Assembly (NCBI GenBank): GCA_028534125.1
Contig: CM052816.1
Coordinates: 37,636,001 to 37,700,000 of the forward strand
Length of the DNA stretch: 64,000 bases
Reading direction: 5' to 3'
DNA from: Lama glama
Taxonomy: Eukaryota
Shown here: one piece after another, positions 13,061-26,609 of the stretch
Layout of the letters: the number at the start of each line of letters is the position of its first letter
Numbering within the stretch: position 1 is the first letter of the stretch
The notes under the pieces: generated by a model
The model's database searches: none
What the model saw: only the letters and a program-made list of their open reading frames with translations
Told to the model about the DNA's origin: nothing
Program-made: the position numbers and the translations under genes

Positions 13061-13589
13061 GTGAGATGTTTTTTCTTTTCTTAATTCAGTTTTTTAAAAA
13101 ATTGAAGTATAGTTCTTTTACAATATTATATTAGTTTCAGATGTACAACATAGTGATTCAGTATTTTTAGAGATTATACTCCACAGAAAGTTATTACAAA
13201 ACAATGGCTGTATTTCCCTGTGCTGGACAACATGTCCATGTTGCTTTTTTATTTTATATGTAGTCATTTATGTCTCTTAATACCATACCCCTATCCTGCC
13301 CATCCCCTGTTCAATCTCCCTACTGGTAACTACTAGTTTGTTCTCTGTACTGGTGGGTCTGTTGCTGTTTTCTGATACACATTTGTTTGTTTTATTTTTT
13401 AGATTCCATATATAAGTGATAACATAGGGTAATTGTCTTTCTCTGTCTGACTTATTTCACTAAGCATAATGCCCTCTAGCACTATCCACATTGCTGCAAA
13501 TGGCAGCATTTCATTATTTTTTATGGCTGAGTAATATCCCATTGTATATGTATTCTATATCATTCTTATCCATTCATCTGTTGATGAGC

Positions 13590-16500
13590 ACTTAGGTTGC
13601 TTCCATTTCTTGGCTATTGTAAATAATGCTGCTGTGAATATTGGGGTGCACATATCTTTTAGAATTAGTGTTTTTGTTTTCTTCAGCTATATACCCAGGA
13701 GTCTGGTTGCTAGATGATATGGTAGTCCTGTTTTTAGTTTTTTTGAGGAAACTCTGTGCTGTTTTCCACAGTGACAGTACAGTCCCTCCAACAGTGGAGG
13801 AGGGTTCCCTTTTCTCCACATCCTGGACAGTGTTTGTTATTTGTAGACATTTTAATGATAGCCATTTTGACAGGTGTAAGGTGATAAATCATTGTGGTCT
13901 TGATTTGCATTTCTGTGGTAATTAGCAATATTGAACACTTTTCATGTGCCTGTTGGCCATCTAGCATATCTACTTTGGAAAAATGACTATTCAGGTCTTC
14001 TGCCCATTTTTTAAATTGGTCTTTGTTTTTATATTGAATTGTATGAACTGTTTATAAAATTTGGATATTAACTTATAACTCTTGGTCACACCATTTGCAA
14101 ATGTTTTCTCACAGTTTTTAGGCTGTTTTTTTCAATTTGTTGATTGTTCCCTTTGCTCTGCAAAAGGTTTTAAGTTTAATTAGGTCCGACTTGTTTATTT
14201 TTGTTTTTATTTCTTTTGCCTGAGGAGACAGACTCAAAAAATATTGCTGTGATTTATATCAAAGAGTGTCCTGTTTATGTTCTCTTCTAGGCGTTTTATA
14301 ATTTCTGATCTTAAATTTAAATCTTTAATCCATTTTGAGTTTATTTTTTGTATATAAGTAAGGAAATGTTCTAATCTCATTGTTCTACATGTACCTGTCC
14401 ATTTTCTTAACATCGCTTTTTGAAGAGACTATCTTTTTTCCATTATATATACTTCCCTCCTTTGTCATAGATTAATTGATCATAGTGAATGGGTCCATTT
14501 TTGAGTTCTCTATTCTGTCTCATTCATCTCTGTGTTTGTTTCTGTGCCAGCACCATGCTATTTTGATTACTGTAGCTTTGTATTACAGCCCGAAATCAGG
14601 GAATTTGATACCTCAAGCTTTGTTCTTTGTTCATAAGATTGCTTTGGCTGCTTGAGGTCTTTCGTGGTTCCATATAAATTGTAGGATTATTAGTTCTAGT
14701 TCTGTGAAAACTGCCGTAGGTTTCTTGATAAGGATTAAATTGAATCTACAAATTGCTTTGGGTAGTATGGACATTTTAACAATATTAATTCTTCCAATCC
14801 TAGATCATGGGATATGTTTCCATTTTTTAATAACATTTTCAACTTCCTTCATCAAAGATTTACAGTTTTCAGAGTATGGATCTTTTGCCTCTTTGGTTAA
14901 GTTTATTCCTAGATATTTTATCCTTTTTGATGTCATTGTAAGTGGGATTGTTTCCTTAATTTCTCTTTCTGATGGTTCAGTAATAATGTATAAAAAGCAA
15001 TAGATTTCTGCACATTAACCTTGTATCATGCAACTTTATTGAATTCATTGATTTGTTCTAATAGTTTTTTTTTGATGCAGACTTTAGAATTTTTTACATG
15101 TAGTATCATGTCATGTGACAAATAGTGATAGTTTTACTTCTTCCCTTCCAATTATATCTTTTTCTTGTTTGATTGCTATTGCTAGGTCTTCCACTATTTA
15201 AGTAGAAGTGATGAGAGTTGGCATCCTTGTCTTTTTCCTGATCTTCAAGGAAAAGCCTCTCAAATTTTTACCATTGAGTGTGGTATCAGCTGTGGGTTTG
15301 TCATCAGTGGCCTTTATTATAATGAGATACGTTTCCTCTGTAGCCACTTTGATGAGAGGTTTTTTTTTTTTTAATTGTGGATGGATGTTGAATTTTGTCA
15401 AATCATTTTTCAGCATCTATTGAGATGATCATGCATTTTTTATCCTTCCTTTTGTTAATATGATATACCACAGTAATTAATTTGTGAATATTGAACCATC
15501 CTTGCAACCTTGGAATAAATCCCACCTGATCATAGTGTATGATCATTTTTCTTTATCATTGAATTCAATGTGCTAGTATTTTCTTGAGGATTTTTGCTTC
15601 TTTATTCATCAGAGATGTTGGCCTATAATTTTATTTTTTGTAGTCTTTTTCTGATTTGGGGATCAAGTTAATGGCGGACTTGAAGAATAAATTTGAGAGT
15701 GTTCCCTCTTCTTCAATTCTTTGGAATAGTTTGAAAAGGATAAGGTAGAATTCCCCTGTGAAGCTATCCCTCCCTGGACTTTTGTTTGCTGAGAATTTTT
15801 TTTTATTACAAATTTAATTTCACAAGTAGTGATGGGTTTGCTCAGATTGTCTCTTTCTTCCTGATTCTGTCTTGAAAGGTTGTATGTTTCTAGAAATTTG
15901 TCCACTATCTTCTAGGTTGTCCAATTTGTTGGCATATAACTGTTCATAATATTCTCTTATGGTTTTTTTATATCTCTATGGTATCCGTTTTTATTTCATC
16001 TCTTTGATTTTTTTTTAATTTTGTTTATTTGGGTCCTCCCTCTTGTCTTCTTGATGAGCCTGGCTAAAGGTTTACCAATTTTATCTTTTCAAAGAATCAT
16101 CTGTCTATTTCATTGTTATTTTCTCTTGTCTTTTTGATCTCTATATTATCTATTTACTCTTTTATCTTTATTATTTCCTTTCTCCTGCTTTCTTTGGGCT
16201 TTATTCTTTTTCTAACTCCTTTAGATGGAAGTTTTTGTTGTTTATTTAAATTTTGTTTGTTTCTTGAGGTATGCTTATATTGTGTAACTTCCCTCTTAGA
16301 ATTTCTTTTCCTGGATCCCATGGATTTTGGCAAATTGTGTTGCTATTTTTATTTGCCTTGAGGTATTTTGTGATTTTCTCTTTAATTTCTTCACTGACCC
16401 ATTAAGGCTTTTTCAGTACCATGTTTTTTAGTCTCCATATGTTTTGCTTTGCCATTCTTCTTCCTATAAATATCTAGTTTGATAGTGTTATGGTTAGAAA

Positions 16501-16890
16501 AAAATAATTTTTCATTTTCTTAAATATGATGAGATTTGTTTTGTGACCTAGTATATGGCCTACCCTGTACCATAGTGATTAATTTGTGAATATTTGTGAA
16601 ATGTGCCATGTTAACATGAAAATAATGTGTATTATGCTGTTTGGGGATAGACTGTCCTGTAGCTAATTATCAAGTCCAACAGTTTTGTTGTGTCATTTAA
16701 GACCACTGTCACCTTATTGATTTTCTGTCTGTATGATCTGTCCACTGATGTAAATAGAATTTTAAGTCCCCTACTATAATTGTACTGTTGTCAATTTCTC
16801 CCTTTATGTCTGTTAATATTTGCTTTATATATCTAGGTGGTTTTTTTTTTTTTTTGGATGTATATGTTAACAAGTATAATATCCTCTTCT
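13590..16890 (-). pseudogene. Frameshifted L1 ORF2 (endonuclease/reverse transcriptase) relic
   Basis: Fragmented ORFs carry L1 ORF2 motifs (MDKFLETYNL, C-terminal HLTPVKMA and [11 protein letters not shown]) interrupted by many stops and frameshifts. Confidence 0.9.
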
Positions 16891-16899
16891 ATTGATCTC

Positions 16900-17500
16900 T
16901 TTTCATCTTTAGAATTCTCTCTTTAACTTTTGACACTTTAGTTATGATCTATCTTGGTGATAGTCTGTTTGGCTCATCTTCTTTGGGACCCTTTGTGTTT
17001 CCCGTGCCTGGATATCTGTTTATTTCTTCAGGCTTGGAAATTTTTCAGCTATAATTTCATTAAATACCTTTTGACCCCTTTTCTCTCTCTTCTCCTGCTG
17101 GTACCCCTATAATGTGAATTTTGTTATGCTTGATGTTGTACTAGAGATCCCTTCAACTTTTCCTATTTATTTTTATTTTTTTGCCATTCCAAGTGGGTGA
17201 TTTACATTATTCTTTTTTCCACGTTTCCAGTAAGAAGCATTCTTCTGTATCACTTAGTTCACTGTTCATATCTTCTATTGTGTTTTTCTTTTCAGTTATT
17301 TGTATTCTTCAGTGTTGATCCTTTTAACATTTTCTAGTGTCTTTTTAAAATTCTTACAGTGTTTATCTATTCTTTTCCCTAATTCAGGTAGCATTCTTAC
17401 TATTAATGCTATAAATTCTTTAACTAGTAAATTGTTTATTTCTATTTCAGTATTTTTTAGGGGTTTTCTGTTGCTCTTCAGTTGAAACAAGTTCTTCTGT
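16900..17500 (-). pseudogene. L1 ORF1 N-terminal (coiled-coil) relic
   Basis: MFQLK...EINNLLVKEFIALIVRMLPELGKRID resembles the laurasiatherian L1 ORF1p N-terminus. Confidence 0.8.
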
Positions 17501-18849
17501 CCTCTTACTTTGCTTATGTCTCTCTATCTCTGTTAACCTAGGTAAAACCATTACCTATGGCAGTCTTGAAGGATGTCTTTATGTGGGAGTGGCCTTATGC
17601 TGTCTGTGTGTGCCCACTGGCTTTGTTGGAGAGTTAGATTTGACATGAACACAAGTCATATCTTCAGAGTTTGCTGGCAGCTACCATCTTGGTAGGCGGT
17701 GGGGCTGGAGATGAAAATGCTATGTCTGGAGCCAGGTATGGGATATGGCTACCCCTCTCCTCACTGTCCATTGCCACCCTATTGGGAGTGGCCTCCATGC
17801 CCCGATTGCTGAAGCAGAAACCCTGAGGGTCAGGTTGGAGCTGGCTCAGTTCCCTTTAAATATCCACTCTTCCCCTGCTTAGCACTGCCACTCTCAGCCC
17901 CAGGGGGAACAGTACTGGAAGAAGAGAGGCCAGTGTGTGTATTCAGTGAGGGTCACAGAGGCTGTGGGAGTCTGGCCACTGTCAAGAAGCTGTTCTGCCT
18001 CTGATATGCCACCTGTGCAATAACCAGTAATGGCTGCTCCCTCCCTGCTCAGATGCCCCTTAGGGTTTGAGTTGCCACAGAGTCTCATGGCCAAGCTTTT
18101 TCCTCAGTCATGGCAGCCCTCACTCCTGTGTGGAGCTGCAGTAAAAGGTAAATGGTGCTGGAGTGTTCACTTGGCTCATGTTAGGGTATATGCTGGAATA
18201 GTCCAGGCAACCAGTCAGCCAGCAATGCAATTTTAGTCTACCCTTTTGCCCTGCTTTAGGAGCAAGCAAGCATTTGTGTACTCCTCATGAGCGAAGTTCA
18301 GGCTTTCTACAGCCCTTCTGTTATTCCTACTGGCTTTCCAACCAGCCAATGAGGCTTGTCTTACCATTGTCAGACCCCAGAGCTGGGGCACCTAATCTGT
18401 GCCTTGAATAGCTCACTCCCGAAAGTGGATCTCTACCCATGTAGTCTCCCTTTTCCTTTGAGTCCCCTCCCATGGGACCAGGTCTTGATCTGATCACTTC
18501 TTTTTCCTTCCTATCTCATTCCACATATATCTTTTACAGTCTTAGTTGTATAGAGCCCTTCTGCTTGTCTCCAGTTAGTTGTTAGTTAGAATTGACCCAC
18601 TTGGGTTTTGGTGTGTTCATGGAGGGAGGTGAGTTCTCCAACTTACTCTGCCATCTTGCTTTGAGTCCCTCAAGTGAGTATTAATAGATTTGAAAGCCTC
18701 TGCCATAACTTCCAGCTAATCTTATCTAAGGAAAATTGTCATTTATACCATCTGGCTCTGGTTATTAATGTTAAGGTAACTGCCTTTGAACTAAACTTTA
18801 TGGTTTAGGTGGAAATTGACCAAAAAACCAAGCAAACAAACAAAACGCA

Positions 18850-19375
18850 TTAGGTGCATTGTGACTTAGCTTGTTCCTCTGCACCATATCTCAAAAGACT
18901 GAAATCAAAGTATGGACAGGGATGCATTTTCTTCTGGGAATTCTAGGGAAGAATCCTCTTCCAAACACTTCCAGTTTGCTGGCAGAATTTAGTTCCATGT
19001 GATTGTAGGACTGAAGTGCCTGCTTCCTTGCTGACCATTAGCCACTCTTAGCCCCTAGAGATCTGTCACTGGTCCCTCCATATGGCTCCCTTCATCTCAG
19101 AGCCAGCAATAGTGAGTTAAATGTTCTCACACTTGGAATTTCTCAGACTTCACCTTCTGCCCCATCCCATTGCTTCTCTTCAGAAAGTCTGTGCTTTTAA
19201 GGATTCACGTGATTATATTAGATCAAATTTTATAATCTAGGATAATCTCCTCATTTTAAGATTTATAATCTTAATTATAACAGTAAAATCTCTTTTGCCA
19301 TGTTAGTAACATAGTCACAGGTTCCAGGGATTTGGAAGTGAACATCTTTACGCAGATGCTTTTCTATTTACCGTA
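18850..19375 (-). mobile_element. MaLR LTR (MLT1D/E-like)
   Basis: ctagggaagaatcctcttccaaac...ggcagaatttagttccatgtgattgtaggactgaagt...aggataatctcctcattttaagat...catagtcacaggttccagggatt. Confidence 0.8.
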
Positions 19376-20409
19376 CTTCAGAATCAAAATTATTTAAAAT
19401 ACTTGGTTTCTTCCATTGTCATATCTTTGCATTTATTGTTAAGACTAAATAGAGTCCAACTGTCATCAATTTGTTCTGTATTTTTTGTTTTAAAGCTCCA
19501 TGTTGCTTTGAAAATTTTTTGATTTTAGTGATAGAGATTATGCTGCTTTGGGCTTTATCCTGTCCAGTATCTGGAAGAGCACAGAGCTCTCTTTTAATCA
19601 CACTAGTGCAATGTTTCTCAAATGACTGTCTCTTTCTCTCAAAATCAGATTTAGATAGGGAACTCTTAAGCTTCAATTGTCTTCAGAGTTGTCGTATTTC
19701 CTTCTAGTTATAACAGCAGGCAGATCCCATTTCTTTCTCTCTTCTATTAGGTGAACAGAGAAAAATGTTTTGCCTAGTTCTGCACCTCCCCCTCCTATTG
19801 CTATTTTCTTGTTAAAAAAAAAAATTTTGGCACTTGGTCTAGCCAAGCACTGTGCTTGGCACTGGGAGGCATATTTCAAGAGACACAATTGCCATATTTA
19901 AGATGCTTCACCTAAACAAAGAAAATTTAAGTTTGATACACTCCTCTTGTTACCTTAAGGGCTAGATATTCCTGTGAGTATATCAGAAATGAATATGTGA
20001 AAATTTATTTCTACTACCACCTTCTTGCACAGTTTCCTTACTCAGCAAAGTTTATAACTTTACTTTCATCAAATCTTAAACAAATTTTGAGAGAGGGAAA
20101 TAAACTATACTTACTGTAAATTCTTCTAGCATCTTTGGATGAAATCTCTTATAGATTAAATACTGTTTCATATTTTGTGAATAGTTATTCTCAGTTTGAC
20201 TTTGGAAGAGGGCATTAAATTCATTGGCATATGTGGGTTTGAAAAATGTGACGATTATTATTGGTGAAATTTTTCCAAGGGCACTTTTATTCAATTTCAA
20301 ATTTTGAATGAAAAGCACTTTCAGAAGCACCATTAAGTGAAGGTATCCTGCACTTATTGAGCATAGTTGTTTTACATGTCTCATTTTTCCTCTGTATCAA
20401 ATATGGAGT

Positions 20410-20735
20410 GAGAAGGCAGTATATTGTAAGGTGTTGCTTTTCCAACTCTAATGTGCAGAGGAATCACTTGGGGATCTGTTTAAAATGCATATTGTGAATC
20501 AATAGGTCTGGGGGTCTAGACAGCTTTTCTGCATGTCTAACAAGCTCCCCAGTCATGCTAATTTTTTTCCTCCAGGGACCATACTTCGAAGAGCAAAGCC
20601 CTTGAAAAAAAAAAAACCCATTAAACACAGAGTCTGGAAAGGTAAACTTTAGCCTCAGCTCTCATTATTCACTTGATGACTTAAAGCAAATTACTTTACC
20701 TCTGGGCTGATTTTTTTCATCTATAAGGAAAAGGT
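20410..20735 (+). mobile_element. MIR SINE split by a MER5-type insertion
   Basis: aggcagtatattgtaagg on the left, and cacagagtctgg...gacttaaagcaaattactttacctctgggctgattttttcatctataagg on the right. Confidence 0.55.
20432..20603. mobile_element. MER5-type hAT-Charlie MITE
   Basis: gaatcacttggggatctgtttaaaatgcatattg...ttctgcatgtctaacaagctcccca...ccagggaccatacttcga. Confidence 0.8.
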
Positions 20736-22479
20736 ATTTGAGGTACTATTTTTAATAATCAAGAAACTGCTGATCACTGAGGTAAAGATATTTCTCAAAT
20801 TCATACAAGTAGTGACAACTCTTGTTTTCTGACTTCAGGTTTTCTGATGATAAGTTGAAGCTTTCACTTTATCATACAAGCAACAGAACCTGAAGCCATT
20901 TATATAGAGCATCATAGCTAAGAATAAGAAATCATGCAGAGCTATTTTACAGAATACCTTGAGAAATTTTAGTAAATTGGACTGTTATTACTTTAATGGA
21001 TTTTATATTTTTCATGCTATACCCGTAGTTTTCTCTCTATCTTATTCATTTCCACTATTCATTACTTCTATTCCATAGCCTTTTCTTCGACTTTTAAACA
21101 ACCCTTGACCAAGTGATAGCAGCACCTTTAAGCAAAGTTATTCTTCACAGCAGTCTTCCAGCAATGCCAGCTGTGATTTCATTTATATTGAATCACTGTA
21201 ATTCCTGAAACAATTTATGAAGTTGTTTTGCAACCTTGATTTAAACGTATGTTTTCATGAAATAAAGGTACGTGGAGACCATATTCATCTGTATTTTTCC
21301 ACACTTCATGTTTGTAACTAAAGTTTGGCTTGCAGATGTAAACTTACTGGCATGCCTTCACTGACTAGCAGAAGCATCCTTCTAAAGCAAGTGTGGATGG
21401 AAAGCTGAATATGCTTACTTGCAGGTGTATTGCGTAGCTCACTGGCAGGGTTGCACTTACTGCCTCTTCCAGTCTACATGACAGTGTCTGCGCATGGATA
21501 AACAGGTGCATGTGGCCTAGAACCAAATTACCCCAAAACGCAACTGACCAGTGTGCTTCTACATATTTAGGCCAACTGGTAGTTTTTTATTGACTGCAGA
21601 TGGTTACTGACTACACAATAAAAAAACTTCCAGTTGACTGATTACATTCTTAAATAACCCTAAAGTGTTTTCCTCATGGCTGGGAGCTCCAATTTTTGCT
21701 GAAATGTAGCAGGATAAATTTAAGCCCACATGATGGCCTTAACAGCCCAGATGTGCCCTTGAAGCCAATAGAGATTTCAAGCCTCATTTACAGCTTCAGG
21801 CTGGTCTTGATATTTCAAGAACCCAAAGAAATGAACCAATTTCAACTCTACTCATCTTTCCCAGAGGTCATCCCAGATTTGTAAATGTGTGCTTTCAGGG
21901 GCCCAGTTGAAAGCATTGAAGGACACCCAGTGTTTCATCTTTGCAACATTTCTTATAAGAGTTCTGGCTGCAAAGTTACCTCATAAAATGCAGCAAATGT
22001 GTTTTAGGTGTCAACTGTCTTTACTAAGTTACTTGATGTGGGGGGCCACACATAGATACACACATATATGCACACACACAGTAGTATATGTTCTACTTTC
22101 TCCTGTCCTATAACCACAATGAGAGTCTATATGGATAAATACAGACTGAGGAAGAATGTGACTGGAACTACAACAGCTGAATGAAAAATACTATTTAAAA
22201 AAAAAAACTAAAAAAAAAGTGGACAAGACTTTTCTTAACATGGGGATGGGGAGTGAAGTACAGGGAAAAAAAAGTCTTAGATTTTCCTCAGGTATCATTC
22301 TTGATAGCAAATTGGAATGTTCTGGAACAAGTTAGTAATATAAAATGGACACTATACTTGGGGCTAGACGATTTTGCTTCCAGATTAAATTTCCTTCCAA
22401 ATCTCTGCTTTCTATGCAAGTTATCTACTTAATCTTTGTAACATTTTGGTGTTAATTTACAGACACATTTTTTTTTAAT

Positions 22480-22600
22480 GTACTTCCTAGCTGCTGGAAT
22501 GTAAGTTTCGTAAGAGCAGGGCTTTATTTGATTTACTGTTATTTCCTCAATATCAGGCATGTGGTACACATTCAATACCTACTTATTTAATGAATTATTA
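22480..22600 (+). mobile_element. LINE-2 3' end
   Basis: ctggaatgtaagtttcgtaagagcagggc...ggcatgtggtacacattcaatacctacttatttaatgaat. Confidence 0.65.
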
Positions 22601-23973
22601 AATTAATCAGTAAACATATTCCACTGCAATACATTTTTCAAATATAAAATAATACAGTAGGTATACACATGAAAGCTAACAGCCTTATTTTGTTTTATCC
22701 TGAAATACTTTTCAAAAGTAAAAAACCTGCTATTAGATAGTTTGATTGTCTAATTAAAAAGAATAAATATCTTAAGAGTCCAAAAAGTCAAATAATAATT
22801 CAGTATGCATCAGACAATGCACTAGGTCCTTTTCAGTACTGCAGCGTCTGTCTTCCTCACATGTTGACAAAGAGGTTGAGAGAAGACAAACTGATCATTC
22901 ATATTAAAGTAAGTCTTTGTTTCCAAATAAACAATGGAATCAATTTTTTTTTCTTAGCTTTCCAGATGTAGACTATATGGTTAAAACAATATCTTTGTAA
23001 TGGTAATATCACAACTTTTCAAGATCAAATGTTTGATAGTGAAATATTCAGGGGGTTGGGGGGAGCCTAGAAATACCATAAAACGTTAAACAGTTTTTTA
23101 ATTGGAGAGAGAAGTGTTTTAGCCCAGTGGTTTTTAACAGAATAAATTCTCGATTAAGGATTGGTGGTGAGGAATCTTTAAAGACCTAGCTGTATCAATA
23201 CATATAAGTGAACTTAGAGACAAAGAATATAAAAATAAAGATCTGATATCAAAAGACTAAAGTTAAAACATTAAATGTAAAGTATTATATGAAAAATAAT
23301 AAACTGAATATGAAACAAATTTTAAAATAGAAACTAAAATACACCCTGAGATAAACTTTTACAAATTTTACCTATGTATAGAAATAGTAAATCAAAGTAA
23401 ATAATCAAAAAAAATTGTTCATAAAAATTTTTGCTAAAGCTTTTTCAGTATATGTCAAAATTTTTTGACCAAATTTGAATTAGTTTTTTATAGTGGACTT
23501 AAGTTATCACATGTATTAAGATTAGCTAATGAAGTTAGCTAGTGAAATTCTTGACAACTTGCTTAATCAGATACTAATTAAAATCATATGCTAAATTCCT
23601 AACCACAAGTCAACACATAAATATAATGACAGATATCATTGCCTTCAAAGGTGCAGCTTTCTAAAATATAAAATCTTTGAGATAATATAATGCACACCAA
23701 AAGAGGAAATTAAGACCAATTAAACATATGGCATGCCTGAGTCAGAACAGAATTAGGTTAAACATCCAGAACCAGAGCCATAAAAGACATACGTTTGTTT
23801 AAAGAAAAGCAGTTTATCCACGACTAAGGGAATGCATAGGTAAACTACTGATTTTCTAGTATTTGTTTCTGACAAAATGTGGCTCAGAATTTATAATATA
23901 TGAAAGTTTTAATTTACTTTTTATCTCATATGTCAATTATCTTCATGACCTTAGGCACTGAATTTCTAAATAT

Positions 23974-23975
<2 letters not shown>

Positions 23976-24016
<41 letters not shown>
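23976..24016. repeat. (TG)~20 microsatellite
   Basis: Directly visible. Confidence 0.97.
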
Positions 24017-24021
<5 letters not shown>

Positions 24022-24052
24022 CATATATTAATTGCATTGAGGTTAACTTGCT

Positions 24053-24531
24053 GTGGCATTTTCTAGCACAGCACCCCCCCAGCCCCCTGCCCAGTCTCCA
24101 CTTTCTGTTACTAACACCCTTGGGGTATGGAATCTCTGACTTGCTTCTAGCCAATACAGTACTGCAAAGGTGACAGGATTTCACTCTGTCATTACTTTAC
24201 ATAAACAAGTCACTTTAGTGGGGAGGCCCCCATGGCAGGGAGCTAAGGGCTGCCTCTAGCTAACAGCCAGCCAGGAATTAAAGCCCTTATTCAAACAGCC
24301 AATGAGGAAGTGAATTCTGACAACACAGACTTGGAAGTGGTTCCTCCCCTAGCAAGGCCATCAGCCCTGAATCCTTAATTACATTCTTGTCGGAGACTCT
24401 GAAGCAGAACATCCAGCTGAGCTGTGCCCAGCCAAAAACAGAACCACAGAAATTGTTAAATGACAAATAAGTGTTGTTTTTAAGCTGCTGAATTTGTGAT
24501 AATTGGTTATGCAGCAATGGAAAACAAATAC
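24053..24531 (+). mobile_element. MaLR LTR (MLT1E/F-like)
   Basis: gacttgcttctagccaat...ccatggcagggagctaagggctgcctctagctaacagccagc...aataagtgttgttttaagctgctgaatttgtgataattggttatgcagcaatggaaaacaaataca. Confidence 0.85.
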
Positions 24532-24669
24532 ATAGAGACTATTAATGACAATGATTTACTTTATAATGAGGTAACAATGATAAATTTATTTCATAAAAGT
24601 TAGAATGAGACAGCACTAGAAATGCTGAAGATGTCATAATGTTTCTATTTATTTTTTCATGTGCCTAAT

Positions 24670-24805
24670 TTAGGTTTATTCAAGTATAATTCAAGTATAA
24701 TAAAATTCACCTTTTTTAAGAAGTACAAATGAGTTTTGACTAATGCGGACAGTTACGTAAGCACAACATAACTGAGATATAAAATATTTCCATCATCTCC
24801 AACTT
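24670..24805 (-). mobile_element. Old L1M 3'-end fragment
   Basis: tttattcaagtataattc...aaaattcaccttttttaag...gagttttgac...atatttccatcatctcc. Confidence 0.65.
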
Positions 24806-25168
24806 AATTATTTTTTAGATTCCCTGACTATTTTCATTGTCAGTACAGAAGTAATGTTATCTTGCATCTTTCTTTCCCGAGTGAAATCAGGACCTCTGCT
24901 TTATTTCCATCTCTGTATTTGATGATTAGAAAAATAAATAAAAGTAAAGAAATAGTGCCATGTAATAAAAATTTAGTTTACTAAAGACATTATAAGCTTT
25001 CCTAATTTTGCTAAATTTGCTTACAATTAGCCTGAAGTCTTGGGTCTTTGGAGAACATATATATCTAGATATGACCAAGAAAACAGTACACTACCAAGAG
25101 CAAGGCAGTGTTAAAAGGCGAAGTCGGTCTAAAACCATTTATATAGAAAAGCTATATCCCTTCCCATA

Positions 25169-25220
25169 ATACACACACACACACACGCGCGCGCGCACAC
25201 ACACACACACACACATACAC
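25169..25220. repeat. (CA)n(CG)n(CA)n alternating purine-pyrimidine repeat
   Basis: Directly visible. Confidence 0.95.
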
Positions 25221-26609
25221 CCAAAACCATACACGTTTCTGTAAGAAATAAAGCTGATGCTCATTTGTAGAATCTGTTATTACTACATGAGCCATAAAGA
25301 TTATTACACTGAGGTGGCAAAATGCTTTAGCTACACTGAAACAGATCTGCTGTATCTGCTGTTTAGTGACAAAAACAATAGGATCTGTTAGAAATTCGTT
25401 ACAATTACTCCCTGGACTTCCTGAACACATTTGTTTGTACCATTATAAGGAAATGTTTTGTTTGTTTGTTTGTTTTGAGTTTTTCCCTCCAGGTAAAAAA
25501 GAAATACCAGCTTATATATGCATTGTGTGTATGAATTTTTCCCTTCTGATATTTGAGCACAACTTTGTTGAATTATATCTCTAAGCAGAATTGTGGTTTT
25601 GTAACAAGGAATTAGCTGCTTCTAGCGCAAATTTGGGCTCTGAACATTTATTATTTAATATTGGGGGATCCATATAGTAGGTTACTTTAGTAAGTCGAGC
25701 AAGTGTGTTTATAGGTTTCATAACCACTTACCAATAGATGAACTTGAATCTGTCACTCTAATAAAATAATTTACAATAAATTGAGAAAAGTATCTTTAAA
25801 AATGTGAGAATATTTCAATAATTGTGAAGAGAACGAACATAGAAATACCCTATAAATATTATGCTCTACAGTTGACTGAAGTGAGTAGAAAGATGCAGAG
25901 GAGTACATCTTTTTGCTCAGCTCAGTCAACTGCAAAGCTCTCAAACTATAAATATTTCTTAATACACGCAATTCCATCTTTTGTGCCTTGAAAGAATGTA
26001 AGCTTGAATTACCTCCTCTGTGATTGCATTCCATGATTTCTGGGAGTACAGGTGATGCCAAGATCACTGAGTAGAACTTTGTAACTTTCAACTTTATCTG
26101 AGTAGAGTTTACTGGAAAATATGCAGAAGCAAGAATAAGAGTAGAGAAGAGTTTCATAGAAACAGTGCTGTTCTGGCTTCATTTTATTCTTGCAGTATAT
26201 ATGTCATCAGCTTCTACGACTCGTTTATTTGAAGTATTGAAATCTGAAAGAGAATTATACGCATTCATTTATGTGGAAGACTTTTTTTTTAAGTATGGCT
26301 CTTATTTACCCATCAATACTTACTAAGCTCTATTATTGACAATGAGGATGTACTTATCATGTGTTATCTGAGAAGCAGTAAATTAGAACGGAGAAAAATG
26401 ACTGTAAACAGAGTATCACCATTTATATTCTATTTTAATTTTTTTCCTTTAAAACTTTTTCTTCCCTTTGAAGAAAAGGCATCATGACAATGAACAAATG
26501 AACTATCAATATTCTTTAAGCACGTTAAAAAGATGCTTAAAACAATTTGAAATAGCATATGCTTTATAACCATAGTTTCCTTTCATTTTCCTGAATAAGA
26601 AACATCAAT

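Larger units (their letters stand above)
13069..18671 (-). mobile_element. Near-full-length decayed LINE-1 (5'UTR, ORF1 N-half, most of ORF2, 3'UTR, poly-A) with an internal deletion near 16900
   Basis: 5' end reads gagggactcaaagcaagatggcagagtaag on the minus strand (L1 AAGATGGC start). ORF track gives ORF1-like 17296-17490 and ORF2-like 15663-15905 (MDKFLETYNL...), 15198-15416 and 13734-13967 ([16 protein letters not shown]...[11 protein letters not shown]). T-rich tail at ~13069. Degenerate TSD aacgtgagatgtt / aagtgagtatt. Confidence 0.95.

Noticed and set aside
25771..26157. Longest ORF in the track (128 aa, minus strand)
   Set aside because: No recognisable homology, composition typical of translated AT-rich non-coding DNA, and no supporting exon structure.
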